Source of the DNA: Verrucomicrobiota bacterium
GTDB taxonomy: Bacteria; Verrucomicrobiota; Verrucomicrobiia; Opitutales; UBA953
DNA length: 64,000 bases
NCBI GenBank assembly: GCA_014193315.1
Contig: BJHS01000008.1
Location: 19,001-83,000, forward strand
Direction: 5' to 3'
The notes beneath the pieces are model-generated. The model searched no databases. It was not told where the DNA came from and saw only the letters and a list, made by a program, of their open reading frames with translations. The position numbers and the translations under genes were made by a program. Below, piece after piece: positions 46,164-58,034 of this stretch; position 1 is the stretch's first letter, and each line of letters begins with the position of its first letter.

Positions 46164-48615
46164 GCCCGTCGCCCGTCGCTTCCTTCTCTCCGCCTGCCTG
46201 TTGCTGGCGACCTTGGCCGCCCACGCCCAGACGCCCGAGGAGAAGGTGCCCAACGTCCGGACCATCTCGGTGAAGGGGCAGAATGGCGTCGTCTCCGAAG
46301 CCTTTGTCCGTGGGTTCGTCGCCCTGCGTCCCGGTCAGCCTTTCGATAAGGACGCGGTGGCCAGCACGATCCGGGCCCTGTATGCGACCGGCCGGTTCAC
46401 TCAGGCCAGCGTCCAGCCGAACCTCGACCCGCGGACCGGCGAGGTCGATGTCGAGGTGGTCGTCGAGCCGCGCCCGTTGATTCTTTCGATCAACTTCCGC
46501 GAAAAGAGCGACTTAATCGATCTGGACTCAGGTTTTCTCGGGAGCCTGGAGCTGGAGGGGATCAAGCTCGGGGAACCGCTCGATCCGCCCGCCCTCCGCC
46601 GTGCCGAGCTCAAGCTCCAGACGGAGCTGCGCAAACGCCGTCCTTTCGCCACGGTGACCTCCGATGTCACCACGTTTACTCGTGGCGCCACCCTCGTCAT
46701 CAAGGTGGTCGACATCGAGAAGTTCCGCGTCGACGCGGTGCGGCTCGAGGGAGCCGTCGCCTTGCCGGCGCAGCAGGTCATCGACGATTCCGAGGTCAAG
46801 AGCTCGGTCTGGACCTGGTGGAAGTTGCCCGCCCTGTCCGGCGTCGGCTACCTCGACCCGGAGGAGTACCACAAGGATTGTCTCAAGATTCGCGACTATT
46901 ACCGCAGCCAAGGCTTCCTGGATATCGAGGTCACCAACGACGAGGCCTCCAAGGCCTGCGTTCGCAAAGACCTCGTCGATGGGTCCGGCTGGCTGGAGGT
47001 CGTCTTCCGAGTCAAGGAGGGGCGCCGCTACTCCGTGGGCTCGCTGCAGTTCGAAGGCAATCGCATGGGCGCGGCCAACCCGATCTTCGGGACCGAAGCC
47101 TTGCAACGCGTCGTTCGCGAAGCCTCCTTGCGCCGGGGCGCCCGGCCGGAGGCCAACGATCACCTGCTGGCCGGTGCCTGGTATTCGACCGCTACCGTCG
47201 AGGCCGCGGCCGACAAGTTGCGGGAATATTACGGCCAGATGGGTTACCTGGGCGCCCAGGTCAATGTCGTCCGGCGGCCGAACCTCGCGACCGGCGCGAT
47301 CGACCTGCGTTTCGTCATCGAGGAGGGCGAGCGCTTCAGCGTCCGGGCCATCGAGATCCAAGGCAATACCAAGACCCGCTTCAACGTGATCGCCCGCGAA
47401 CTCGCGCTCGGCCCTGGCGAGGTCTTCGACTTGGCGCGCATGCGCGTCTCCGAGGCCCGTCTTCGGAATACCCAGTTCTTCGAGGAGGTCCGCCTGACCC
47501 CCGTCCCGACTTCGGTGCCCGGCCAGAACGACCTGCGGATCACGGTCAAGGAGGGCAACACGGGCTCCATCAGCTTTGGCGCCGGCTATAGTACCGTCGA
47601 GCAGCTCGTCGGTTACGTCGAATACTCCGAAGGCAATTTCGATTACACCAACCCCGAGGGCTGGTACCGTGGCGCCGGCCAGAAACTTCGGGCGCGCGTC
47701 TCGCTCGGCAGCGTCTCCAGCTCCCTGGAGCATTCCTTCGAGGAGCCCGCGTTGTGGGATCGCGACCTCGCCTTGGGGTACAAGCTCGAACGTCGCTACG
47801 CCGGTTACCAGTCGACCAATTACTCCGTGATCACCGAAGGGGTGGGGGTCTACGCGCGTCGCCGCATCTTCGGGACCGTCGAGGGGCGCCTCGCCTACGA
47901 CCTGCGCCGGATCAGCGTCAGCAACGTCACCGCGCTCGCCCCGGCGGATGTCCAGTTGGAGAATGGTCGCCCGCGGACGATTTCCTCGGTCACCGCCTCC
48001 TTCGTCCATGATACCCGGGATGAGTACAACTTCCCGACCAAGGGCAGTCGCATCTCCCTGACGGAGGAACTCGCCGGCAACGGCCTCGGCGGCAAGGTCG
48101 ACTACCTCAAGTCCGAGCTCCGCGCCGGCAAGTGGTTCCTGCTCTCCACCACCGCCGAGCAGACCTTGGCCGTCATCGGTCGAGTCGGCGTGCTCACCGG
48201 CACCGGCGGGACTTTGCCTTTCTACGAGCGCTTCTACCTCGGCGGCGCCTACGACATGCGCGGCTTCGACTACAACGATGTCGGCGCCTACGATACCTAC
48301 GACCATGCCAATGGCGTCGAGCAACCGATGGGTGGCTTGACCTACGGGTATTTCACGGCCGAGTACACGATCAAGGCGGCCGGCAACATGCGCTTCGCCG
48401 CTTTTTACGATTACGGTTTGGTGAACCGCTCCGAGGCCGACTTTGGCCTCGCCTCGGCCAATTCCGACTGTGGCTTGGGCATGCGCATCCTCCTCGGGGG
48501 GGCGGTCATGCGCCTGGATTTCGGTTTTCCCTTGAAAAGCACCCTCAGTCCCGCCGGAACCCCCGTAAACAAGGGTGCGATGAAGTTTAACTTCAGTTTC
48601 GGCACCGTCTTTTGA
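46156..48615 (+). CDS. bamA: Outer membrane protein assembly factor BamA
   Basis: Signal peptide, POTRA-like repeats, and a C-terminal barrel ending FNFSFGTVF. Overlaps the dnaB stop by 8 nt. Confidence 0.85.
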   Translation: MPKPVARRFLLSACLLLATLAAHAQTPEEKVPNVRTISVKGQNGVVSEAFVRGFVALRPGQPFDKDAVASTIRALYATGRFTQASVQPNLDPRTGEVDVEVVVEPRPLILSINFREKSDLIDLDSGFLGSLELEGIKLGEPLDPPALRRAELKLQTELRKRRPFATVTSDVTTFTRGATLVIKVVDIEKFRVDAVRLEGAVALPAQQVIDDSEVKSSVWTWWKLPALSGVGYLDPEEYHKDCLKIRDYYRSQGFLDIEVTNDEASKACVRKDLVDGSGWLEVVFRVKEGRRYSVGSLQFEGNRMGAANPIFGTEALQRVVREASLRRGARPEANDHLLAGAWYSTATVEAAADKLREYYGQMGYLGAQVNVVRRPNLATGAIDLRFVIEEGERFSVRAIEIQGNTKTRFNVIARELALGPGEVFDLARMRVSEARLRNTQFFEEVRLTPVPTSVPGQNDLRITVKEGNTGSISFGAGYSTVEQLVGYVEYSEGNFDYTNPEGWYRGAGQKLRARVSLGSVSSSLEHSFEEPALWDRDLALGYKLERRYAGYQSTNYSVITEGVGVYARRRIFGTVEGRLAYDLRRISVSNVTALAPADVQLENGRPRTISSVTASFVHDTRDEYNFPTKGSRISLTEELAGNGLGGKVDYLKSELRAGKWFLLSTTAEQTLAVIGRVGVLTGTGGTLPFYERFYLGGAYDMRGFDYNDVGAYDTYDHANGVEQPMGGLTYGYFTAEYTIKAAGNMRFAAFYDYGLVNRSEADFGLASANSDCGLGMRILLGGAVMRLDFGFPLKSTLSPAGTPVNKGAMKFNFSFGTVF

Positions 48616-48653
48616 TTGCCAAACCGACCCCCTCGCTTCTCTATCAAACCACC

Positions 48654-49238
48654 ATGAAGTCCCTATCCCTCCTCCTCGCTTGCGCCGCCGCCTCCGTGTC
48701 CGCGGCTACCCCAAATGTTGGCGTCGTCGACGTCGCCGAAGTGATGACCAAGTACACCAAGTCCATCGAGATCAAGGGTGGCATCGACCAGTCGCTCGCT
48801 CAGTCCAAGGCCCAGGTCGAAGCCCGCGGCAAGGAGCTCGAAGTGCTGAAGGCCGATTTCGACAAGACCGTCAAGGACGCCAACAACCCGATGCTCAACG
48901 AGTCCGGCAAGAAGGCCGCCGTCGGCGAGGCCCAGGCCAAGCAGCAGAACCTGCAGCAGCGCTTCAACGAGTACCAGCAGTTCATCCAGCAGGCCCAAGG
49001 CAGCATCCAGGCCCGCGCCGGCGAACTCGAGAAGGCCGTCTTGGCCGACGTGAAGACCGCCGCCGAGAAGGTCGCCAAGGAGAAGGGTCTCCAGCTCGTC
49101 CTCCCCAAGGCCGTCGCCTTCGTTGCCGACGACTCCCTCAATGTCACCGCCGACATCATCAAGGAGCTCAACGACAACTATAAGTCCGCCGCGCCTGCTC
49201 CGGTCGCTCCGTCCGGCGACAAGCCGGCCGCCAAGTAA
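48654..49238 (+). CDS. skp: OmpH/Skp family periplasmic chaperone
   Basis: Signal peptide and coiled-coil-rich ~190 aa. Conserved bamA-skp-lpxD order. Confidence 0.8.
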   Translation: MKSLSLLLACAAASVSAATPNVGVVDVAEVMTKYTKSIEIKGGIDQSLAQSKAQVEARGKELEVLKADFDKTVKDANNPMLNESGKKAAVGEAQAKQQNLQQRFNEYQQFIQQAQGSIQARAGELEKAVLADVKTAAEKVAKEKGLQLVLPKAVAFVADDSLNVTADIIKELNDNYKSAAPAPVAPSGDKPAAK

Positions 49239-49247
49239 ATCCCTTCC

Positions 49248-49279
49248 GAGGCGCCCCTGACAACAGGGGCGCCTCATTT
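49248..49279 (+). terminator. Hairpin after skp (possible attenuating terminator)
   Basis: 12-bp perfect stem GAGGCGCCCCTG / CAGGGGCGCCTC followed by ATTT. Confidence 0.45.
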
Positions 49280-49285
49280 AGGCCC

Positions 49286-50329
49286 ATGCGCATCGCCTTC
49301 TCGATTCCGGAGCTCGCCGCCATCGTCGGCGCCCGCTCGGTCGAGGGGGCGCACACGGCGCCCGTCAGCGGCATCGCCAGCCTGACCGAGGCCGGCCCCG
49401 ACGACCTTTCCTTCCTCGGGAACCCTAAGTACGCCTCCGAGGTGGCGGCGTCCCGGGCAGGGGCTATCCTGCTCGCGGTGGATTTCCCCGGTAAGCCCGC
49501 CGAGGGGCAGGTCTTTTTCCGGGTCGACAAGCCTTCCTATGCCTTAGCCCTGGTTTGCTCCGTGCTGGAAGCCCGCCTTTGGCCCAAGCCGCCGGCCGGC
49601 CGCCACCCCTCTGCGATCGTCTCCCCGGAGGCCAAAGTCGACCCCACGGCTTTCATCGGGGCGCTTTGTGTGATTGAGGCCGGCGCCGTCATCGGCCCTG
49701 GCGCGGTCCTCGATGCCCATTGCCATATCGGTCGCCAAGCGGTCGTCGGACCGGATTGCTGGCTTAAATCAGGCGTCAAGGTCGCTGACTTCTGCACGCT
49801 CGGCGCCCGCTGTCGGCTCCAGCCGGGTGCGGTGGTCGGTGCCGATGGCTTTGGCTTCGAGCCCGTTCAGGGCGACATCCGGCGGATCCCGCAGGTGGGC
49901 ATCGTGGTGCTCGACGATGATGTCGAAATCGGCGCCAACACGACCCTCGACCGGGCCCGCTTCAGCCGGACGGTCGTGGGCCGTGGCACCAAGATCGATA
50001 ACCTCGTGCAGATCGCCCATAATGTGCGCATCGGCCGGCAGTGCCTCATCACGGCTCAGGTCGGGATCGCCGGCAGCACCACCTTGGGCGACCATTGCGT
50101 GCTGGGCGGTCAAGCTGGCGTCGCGGGCCACCTCACCCTCGGCGATCGCGTCAAGTTAGGCGCCCAGACGGGGCTTTTCGAGGATGTCCCCGCGGATGGC
50201 TTCATGAACGGCACGCCCGCCACTCCCTTCGGGCTCGAGCGCCGGCTGGTCGTGCTTTCGCGCCGGTTGCCCGAGTTGTTCAAAAAGGTTGATTCGCTCG
50301 CCGCCTCCTTGGACTCTGCTGGACGTTAA
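49286..50329 (+). CDS. lpxD: UDP-3-O-acylglucosamine N-acyltransferase
   Basis: N-terminal LpxD domain followed by long hexapeptide-repeat (LbH) region. Follows skp. Confidence 0.9.
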   Translation: MRIAFSIPELAAIVGARSVEGAHTAPVSGIASLTEAGPDDLSFLGNPKYASEVAASRAGAILLAVDFPGKPAEGQVFFRVDKPSYALALVCSVLEARLWPKPPAGRHPSAIVSPEAKVDPTAFIGALCVIEAGAVIGPGAVLDAHCHIGRQAVVGPDCWLKSGVKVADFCTLGARCRLQPGAVVGADGFGFEPVQGDIRRIPQVGIVVLDDDVEIGANTTLDRARFSRTVVGRGTKIDNLVQIAHNVRIGRQCLITAQVGIAGSTTLGDHCVLGGQAGVAGHLTLGDRVKLGAQTGLFEDVPADGFMNGTPATPFGLERRLVVLSRRLPELFKKVDSLAASLDSAGR

Positions 50330-50334
50330 CCGAC

Positions 50335-51288
50335 ATGAGCCTCCCTGAGATGAAGATTTTCACCGGCAATGCCAACCCGGCCCTCGCCAAGGAAATCTGC
50401 GAACATCTCGGCGTCCCGCTCGGCACGGCCACCGTCAACCGTTTCCCGGACGGCGAGACCTTCGTCCAGATCAACGAGAACATCCGCGGCTGCGATGTCT
50501 ACGTTATCCAGCCCACCTGCGCCCCGGCCAACGACCGGATCATGGAGCTGCTCATCATGATCGACGCCCTGCGCCGCGCCTCCGCCGCGCGCATCACGGC
50601 CGTGATCCCGTTCTTCGGTTACGCCCGGCAGGACCGCAAGGACAAGCCCCGCGTGCCGATCACCGCCAAGCTGGTCGCCAACCTGTTGACCGCCGCCGGC
50701 GCGAACCGCGTGCTCACGGTCGACCTGCACGCCCAGCAGATCCAGGGTTTCTTCGACATCCCGGTCGACCATCTCTACGCCTCGCCGGTCTTCTATAAGC
50801 ACATCAAGGACAAGCCTTGGCTCAAGGAGGCGACGGTGTTCTCGCCCGACGTCGGCGGCCTCAAGTACGCCTCGGCCGTGGCGGACATGCTCAGCCTCCC
50901 TTATGGTTTCGTGGCCAAGCGCCGCACCAGCGCGACCACCGTCCAAGCGACCAGCCTCGTCGGCGAGGTCGAGGGTCGCGACATCATCCTGGTCGACGAC
51001 ATGACCGAGACCGCGGGTACCCTCGTGGCCGCCGCCGAACTGCTCAAGAAAAACGGCGCCCGCTCGGTCCGCGCGGTCGTCTCGCATTGCATGATCCAGG
51101 AGATCGCCTTCGAGCGTCTCCGCCGGGGCGTCATCGACGAGGTCATCACGACCAACTCCGTGCCCGCCGATTGGCCCAAGGACCTGCCGATCACCGTCCT
51201 TTCGATCGCGCCCCTGCTGTCCGATGCGATTCGACGTATCCACGGCAACAACAGCGTGACCGACCTCTTCCCCATCAAGGGCCACTGA
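50335..51288 (+). CDS. prs: Ribose-phosphate pyrophosphokinase
   Basis: MKIFTGNANPALAKEI, DLHAQQIQGFFDIPVD, and PRPP loop LVDDMTETAGT. Confidence 0.95.
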   Translation: MSLPEMKIFTGNANPALAKEICEHLGVPLGTATVNRFPDGETFVQINENIRGCDVYVIQPTCAPANDRIMELLIMIDALRRASAARITAVIPFFGYARQDRKDKPRVPITAKLVANLLTAAGANRVLTVDLHAQQIQGFFDIPVDHLYASPVFYKHIKDKPWLKEATVFSPDVGGLKYASAVADMLSLPYGFVAKRRTSATTVQATSLVGEVEGRDIILVDDMTETAGTLVAAAELLKKNGARSVRAVVSHCMIQEIAFERLRRGVIDEVITTNSVPADWPKDLPITVLSIAPLLSDAIRRIHGNNSVTDLFPIKGH

Positions 51289-51309
51289 GCCGACCGTCCG
51301 GGCAAGCCA

Positions 51310-51338
51310 AAGGCCGCATCGCGTGATGCGGCCTTTTC
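51310..51338. terminator. Terminator between convergent prs and bcp
   Basis: 11-bp perfect stem AAGGCCGCATC / GATGCGGCCTT with loop GCGT and a T-rich tail. Confidence 0.6.
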
Positions 51339-51358
51339 CGTGCCGGGAGGCGCCGGGC

Positions 51359-51871
51359 TTACTTCTTCTGCGTCTTCAGGAAGTCGAGGATCAGTTCGGC
51401 TTGATCGGTCGTATGCCCCTTGAGGTCCGCGTAGATGCATTTCCCGTCCTTGAAGAGGAAGGCGCTGCGGCTGGCGAAGCTCATGAGGTTCTTGACGCCG
51501 AACGCTTCGGTGACGGCCTTCTTCTCCTTGTCGGCGAGGAGCCGGAAGGGGAATTTCTGCTCGTCCTTGAATTCCTTCTGCAGTTTCTCGTCATCGGTGC
51601 TCACCCCGAGCACGTTGACGCCGGCCGCCTGGAGGGCGTCCCAGTTGTCGCGGAGGGAGCAGCCTTGCTTGGTGCAACCGCCGGTCTTGGCCTTCGGGTA
51701 GAAGTAGACGAGCAGGTAGCCCTTGGCCCCTTCCTTGGCGAGGGAGACGGCCTTGCCGTCCTGGTCGTTGCAGGTGACGTCCGGGATGGCCGCGCCGACG
51801 GCGAGCTTTTCAGCCGCGTTACCGATGAAGGGGAGGAGGGACATAAGGAGGGAGGCGAAGAGTGTCTTCAT
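51359..51871 (-). CDS. bcp: Peroxiredoxin (Bcp/AhpC-TSA family) with signal peptide
   Basis: FYPKAKTGGCTKQGCS active-site context. Start at MKTLFASLLMSLLPFIGNA (residue 66 of the track ORF). Confidence 0.8.
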   Translation of the reverse strand: MKTLFASLLMSLLPFIGNAAEKLAVGAAIPDVTCNDQDGKAVSLAKEGAKGYLLVYFYPKAKTGGCTKQGCSLRDNWDALQAAGVNVLGVSTDDEKLQKEFKDEQKFPFRLLADKEKKAVTEAFGVKNLMSFASRSAFLFKDGKCIYADLKGHTTDQAELILDFLKTQKK

Positions 51872-51965
51872 GCACTGTAGGTTGGGTGGCCGGCGGCAAA
51901 AGGCAAATGCGACCGACGGTGTTTTCGTGTCGCTTGTCGGTCCCCCCGGAGGCAAAAATAAGCCC

Positions 51966-52406
51966 ATGTTGCAGGCCGTCCTCGACACCATCCCCCATCG
52001 CCCCCCGTTCCTTTTCCTGGACCGGGTCGATGAGGTCCGACCCGACGGCGCCACCTGCACCCGCACCTTCCGGGCCGATGAGCCTTTCTACGCGGGACAC
52101 TACCCCGGCAACCCGATCACGCCCGGCGTCCTGCTTTGCGAGTCCGTCTTCCAGGCGGGGGCCGTCTTCCTGACCAAGAAGCTCCAGGCCGATGGTGGCG
52201 CACCAGCCGGCAAGACGCCGGTGCTCTGTCGAATCGAGGAGGCTAAGTTCAAGGGCATGGTGAAGCCGGGCGAGACGGTCTCCATCGAGGTCAAACACGT
52301 CGAGACGCTCCAGCAGTTCCATTTCATGACGGGCACGGTGCGCCGAGACGGCAAGGCCGTCTTGACCATCCGTTTCGCCCTCGCCCTCGTCGACCAACCC
52401 GCCTGA
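51966..52406 (+). CDS. FabA/FabZ-family 3-hydroxyacyl-ACP dehydratase
   Basis: IPHRPPFLFLDRV and GHYPGNPITPGVLLCESVFQ match the FabZ LPHRYPFLLVDRV / GHFP..PvMPGVL motifs. Confidence 0.7.
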   Translation: MLQAVLDTIPHRPPFLFLDRVDEVRPDGATCTRTFRADEPFYAGHYPGNPITPGVLLCESVFQAGAVFLTKKLQADGGAPAGKTPVLCRIEEAKFKGMVKPGETVSIEVKHVETLQQFHFMTGTVRRDGKAVLTIRFALALVDQPA

Positions 52407-52410
52407 CCCC

Positions 52411-53217
52411 ATGTCGTTCCTCGGCCTTACCGGTAAGACCTACCTCGTGCTCGGCGTCGCGAATAAAAAGTCCGTCGCTTGGCACGTCGCCCAGACCCTC
52501 GAAGCCGAAGGCGCGAAGGTGGTCTATTCCCTGCGTTCGCAGGCACGCCTCGACTCGCTGAAGGGCCTGCTCGACGGCAAGCCGGTCTACCTCTGCGACC
52601 TCGAGCACGAGACCCAGACGCAGCAGCTCGCCACGGCGGTCGGCCGCGAGCACGGCCCGCTGGACGGCGTGCTGCACAGCGTGGCCTTCGCCAATTTCTC
52701 CCGGGGCATGCAACCGTTCCATGAGACCATGCGGGCCGACTTCCTGCAGGCCACCGCGATCTCCGCGTTCTCGCTCGTGGAGCTCGCGCGCGCCCTCAAG
52801 CCGCACCTCCGGCCAGACGCCTCGATCGTCTCAATTGGCATCTCCTCGCAGGTCACGGCCGCGAACTACGGCTACATGTCGCCGATCAAGGCGGCCTTGG
52901 AATCCGCCAGCCGCTTCCTCGCGAAATCCTTCTCGGCCGATTCCCGCGTCCGCTTCAATTCGGTCAACGCGGGCCCGCTCAAGACGAGCGCCAGCGCCGG
53001 CATCCCCGGCTACCTGCATAACTACCTGCACGCCGAGAAAATGACCTTCCGTAAGGCGGCCTTGAAGACGCAGGAGGTGGCCGACACGGCGGTCTGGCTG
53101 CTCTCGCCCCGCTCCAGCGGCATCAACGGCCAAGGCATCGTGGTCGACGCCGGCATGGGCTGGAATTTCTTCGACGAAGAACTCGTGGCCGCTTCGTCCC
53201 GTCTTCCCGGAGCGTGA
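52411..53217 (+). CDS. fabI: Enoyl-ACP reductase FabI (SDR)
   Basis: GKTYLVLGVANKKSVAW and YGYMSPIKAALESASRFLA...RFNSVNAGPLKT match the FabI Tyr/Lys region. Confidence 0.8.
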   Translation: MSFLGLTGKTYLVLGVANKKSVAWHVAQTLEAEGAKVVYSLRSQARLDSLKGLLDGKPVYLCDLEHETQTQQLATAVGREHGPLDGVLHSVAFANFSRGMQPFHETMRADFLQATAISAFSLVELARALKPHLRPDASIVSIGISSQVTAANYGYMSPIKAALESASRFLAKSFSADSRVRFNSVNAGPLKTSASAGIPGYLHNYLHAEKMTFRKAALKTQEVADTAVWLLSPRSSGINGQGIVVDAGMGWNFFDEELVAASSRLPGA

Positions 53218-54251
53218 TCTTCAAGCGCACAGTCCTGTCCGGTCTCGTGGCCGAACTCCCGCCCGAGGTCTGGACCTCCGACGACGTGGAACGCCGCCTG
53301 GCGCCCGTCTACGGCCGCCTGAAGCTGCCCGAGGGCCGTCTCGAACTGATGACGGGTATCCGCGAGCGCCGCTTTTGGCCGCAGGCGATCCGCCCCTCCG
53401 CCGCTTCCGCGCTGGCCGGTCGCCGTACGATGCTGGCCGCGGGGGTCGGACCTGCCGACGTCGACCTGTTGATTCATTCTTCCGTCTGTCGCGATCGCCT
53501 CGAGCCTTCGACCGCCGCCTACGTGCACGGTCTGCTCGGCCTCGGCCCGCAGGCCCAGATTCTCGATGTCTCCAATGCCTGCCTCGGTTTCCTCAATGCC
53601 GTCGCGCTCGCCGCGGGCATGGTGGAGTCCGGCCAGATCCAGCGGGCGCTGGTCTGTTCGGGTGAGGATGGCCGCCCGCTGGTCGAGCGCACCATCCGCC
53701 TGCTCAATGAAGACCTCTCGCTGACGCGCGAGACGATCAAGCCCTACTTCGCCAACCTTACCATCGGGGCCGGCGGCGCGGCCGCCGTGGTCTGTCGCGA
53801 CGACCTTGCTGGACCTGGCGCGATCCGCCTGTTGGGCGGCGCGGCCGAGACCGACTCTTCCGCCAACGGGCTTTGCGAAGGCGACACCTCTTTCGCCGAA
53901 CTCGACATGCGGACCGACTCCGAGGCGCTGCTCGCCGCAGGCGTGGCGCTCGCCCAGCGTTGCTGGGGTCGCTTCAAGGGCGTGACGGGTTGGGACGAGT
54001 CCACGCCCCATCGCGTGGTCACCCACCAGGTCGGCCGGCGTCATTCGGCGTTGCTCTTCGAAAAACTCGGCCTCGATCCGGTCAAGGATTACCAAAGCTT
54101 TGACCGACTCGGCAACGTGGGCTCGGTCTCCGTGCCCGCCACGCTCGCGCTTGGTCTCGCCGAAGGCCGCATCCAGCCCGGCGACCGCGTCGCGTTGCTG
54201 GGTATCGGCAGCGGCCTCGCCAGCATGATGCTCGCCGTCGAATGCCAATGA
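53214..54251 (+). CDS. KAS III-like thiolase-fold condensing enzyme (OleA-like rather than canonical FabH)
   Basis: Cys-His-Asn triad contexts SNACLGF, THQVGRRH and LGNVGSVS. The N-terminus RLAPVYGRLKLPEGRLELMTGIRERRFWP and C-terminus ALLGIGSGLASMMLAVE resemble my recollection of OleA. GTGA overlap with fabI. Confidence 0.65.
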   Translation: MIFKRTVLSGLVAELPPEVWTSDDVERRLAPVYGRLKLPEGRLELMTGIRERRFWPQAIRPSAASALAGRRTMLAAGVGPADVDLLIHSSVCRDRLEPSTAAYVHGLLGLGPQAQILDVSNACLGFLNAVALAAGMVESGQIQRALVCSGEDGRPLVERTIRLLNEDLSLTRETIKPYFANLTIGAGGAAAVVCRDDLAGPGAIRLLGGAAETDSSANGLCEGDTSFAELDMRTDSEALLAAGVALAQRCWGRFKGVTGWDESTPHRVVTHQVGRRHSALLFEKLGLDPVKDYQSFDRLGNVGSVSVPATLALGLAEGRIQPGDRVALLGIGSGLASMMLAVECQ

Positions 54252-55132
54252 CCGCCGCTGTCCTCCCGCCCGCCGTGCAGGCGCTCTATCCCTTCGCACC
54301 CCGCGATTTCGCCGCGCTCTCGGGCCGCATGAGCTACGTCGACCACGGGCCGCGCGACGGTCGTCCGGTCTTGCTCCTGCATGGCAATCCGTCGTGGTCC
54401 TTTCTCTGGCGCGACCTGATCCTGAAGCTCGCCGCCCAGGGTCGACGGGTCATCGCCCCCGACCACGTCGGCATGGGTTTGTCCGCGCGCCCTGACCGCT
54501 TCCTGCGCTTGGCCGACCGCATCGCCGACGTCGAGGCGCTCATCGCGCACCTGGGTCTGCGGCATTTCGACCTCGGGGTGCATGACTGGGGCGGCGCGAT
54601 CGGGTTCGGCGTCGCCGGCCGGCAGCCGGAAAGGGTGGGGCGTATCCTCGTCACGAACACCGGCGCCTTCCTTTCGGAACGCATCCCCGCCCGCATCGCC
54701 CTTTGCCGGGCTCCCTGGGTCGGCCGGCTCATCGTCCAAGGCCTCAACGGCTTCGCCTGGCCCGCCACCTGGATGTCGGTCGAGAAGCCCCTTAGTCCGG
54801 CCGCCAAGGCGGGTTTCCTCGCGCCCTATGGCTCCGCCTCGGTCCGCCGGGCGGTGGCCGACTTCGTGGCCGATATCCCGATGGAGGCCGAACACCCCAC
54901 CCGGACCGTCTTGGCCGGCGTGGAGGCCTCTTTGGGCGGCTTGAGGGGCAAGCCTATGCTGCTTTGCTGGGGAATGCGTGACTTCTGCTTCGACCGTTCC
55001 TTCCTGGGGGGCTTCGTCGCCCGCTTCCCGGCCGCGCAGCAGCTCTTGTTCGCCGCCGCCGGGCACTACGTCCTCGAGGATGCCGGCGAGTCGGCCTTGG
55101 GTCCGATCGCCGCTTTTTTCGGGCCGGCCTGA
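54242..55132 (+). CDS. Alpha/beta hydrolase, haloalkane-dehalogenase-like (OleB-like)
   Basis: HGNPSWSFLWRDLI, APDHVGMGLS, nucleophile VHDWGGAIG and C-terminal GHYVLED. An alternative ATG at 54248 forms an ATGA overlap with the KAS III stop. Confidence 0.75.
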   Translation: MPMTAAVLPPAVQALYPFAPRDFAALSGRMSYVDHGPRDGRPVLLLHGNPSWSFLWRDLILKLAAQGRRVIAPDHVGMGLSARPDRFLRLADRIADVEALIAHLGLRHFDLGVHDWGGAIGFGVAGRQPERVGRILVTNTGAFLSERIPARIALCRAPWVGRLIVQGLNGFAWPATWMSVEKPLSPAAKAGFLAPYGSASVRRAVADFVADIPMEAEHPTRTVLAGVEASLGGLRGKPMLLCWGMRDFCFDRSFLGGFVARFPAAQQLLFAAAGHYVLEDAGESALGPIAAFFGPA

Positions 55133-55172
55133 CGCGCGGTTACGGTCCGCTTTCGGAGGGGCGGAAAAGGCC

Positions 55173-55194
55173 TGTGGACAACGTGTGAACAACG
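55173..55194 (+). promoter_or_regulatory. Two tandem 11-mers TGTGGACAACG / TGTGAACAACG (DnaA-box-like) upstream of gyrB
   Basis: Read directly. TGTGGACAA matches 8/9 of the reverse DnaA-box consensus TGTGGATAA. Confidence 0.35.
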
Positions 55195-55232
55195 GTTTCT
55201 AACACCCCCTATAAGATTTTGTAAGAGCTTGA

Positions 55233-57998
<2,766 letters not shown>

Positions 57999-58034
57999 TC
58001 GATCTGACGAACCAAACCCAAGACCTCTTCGAAC

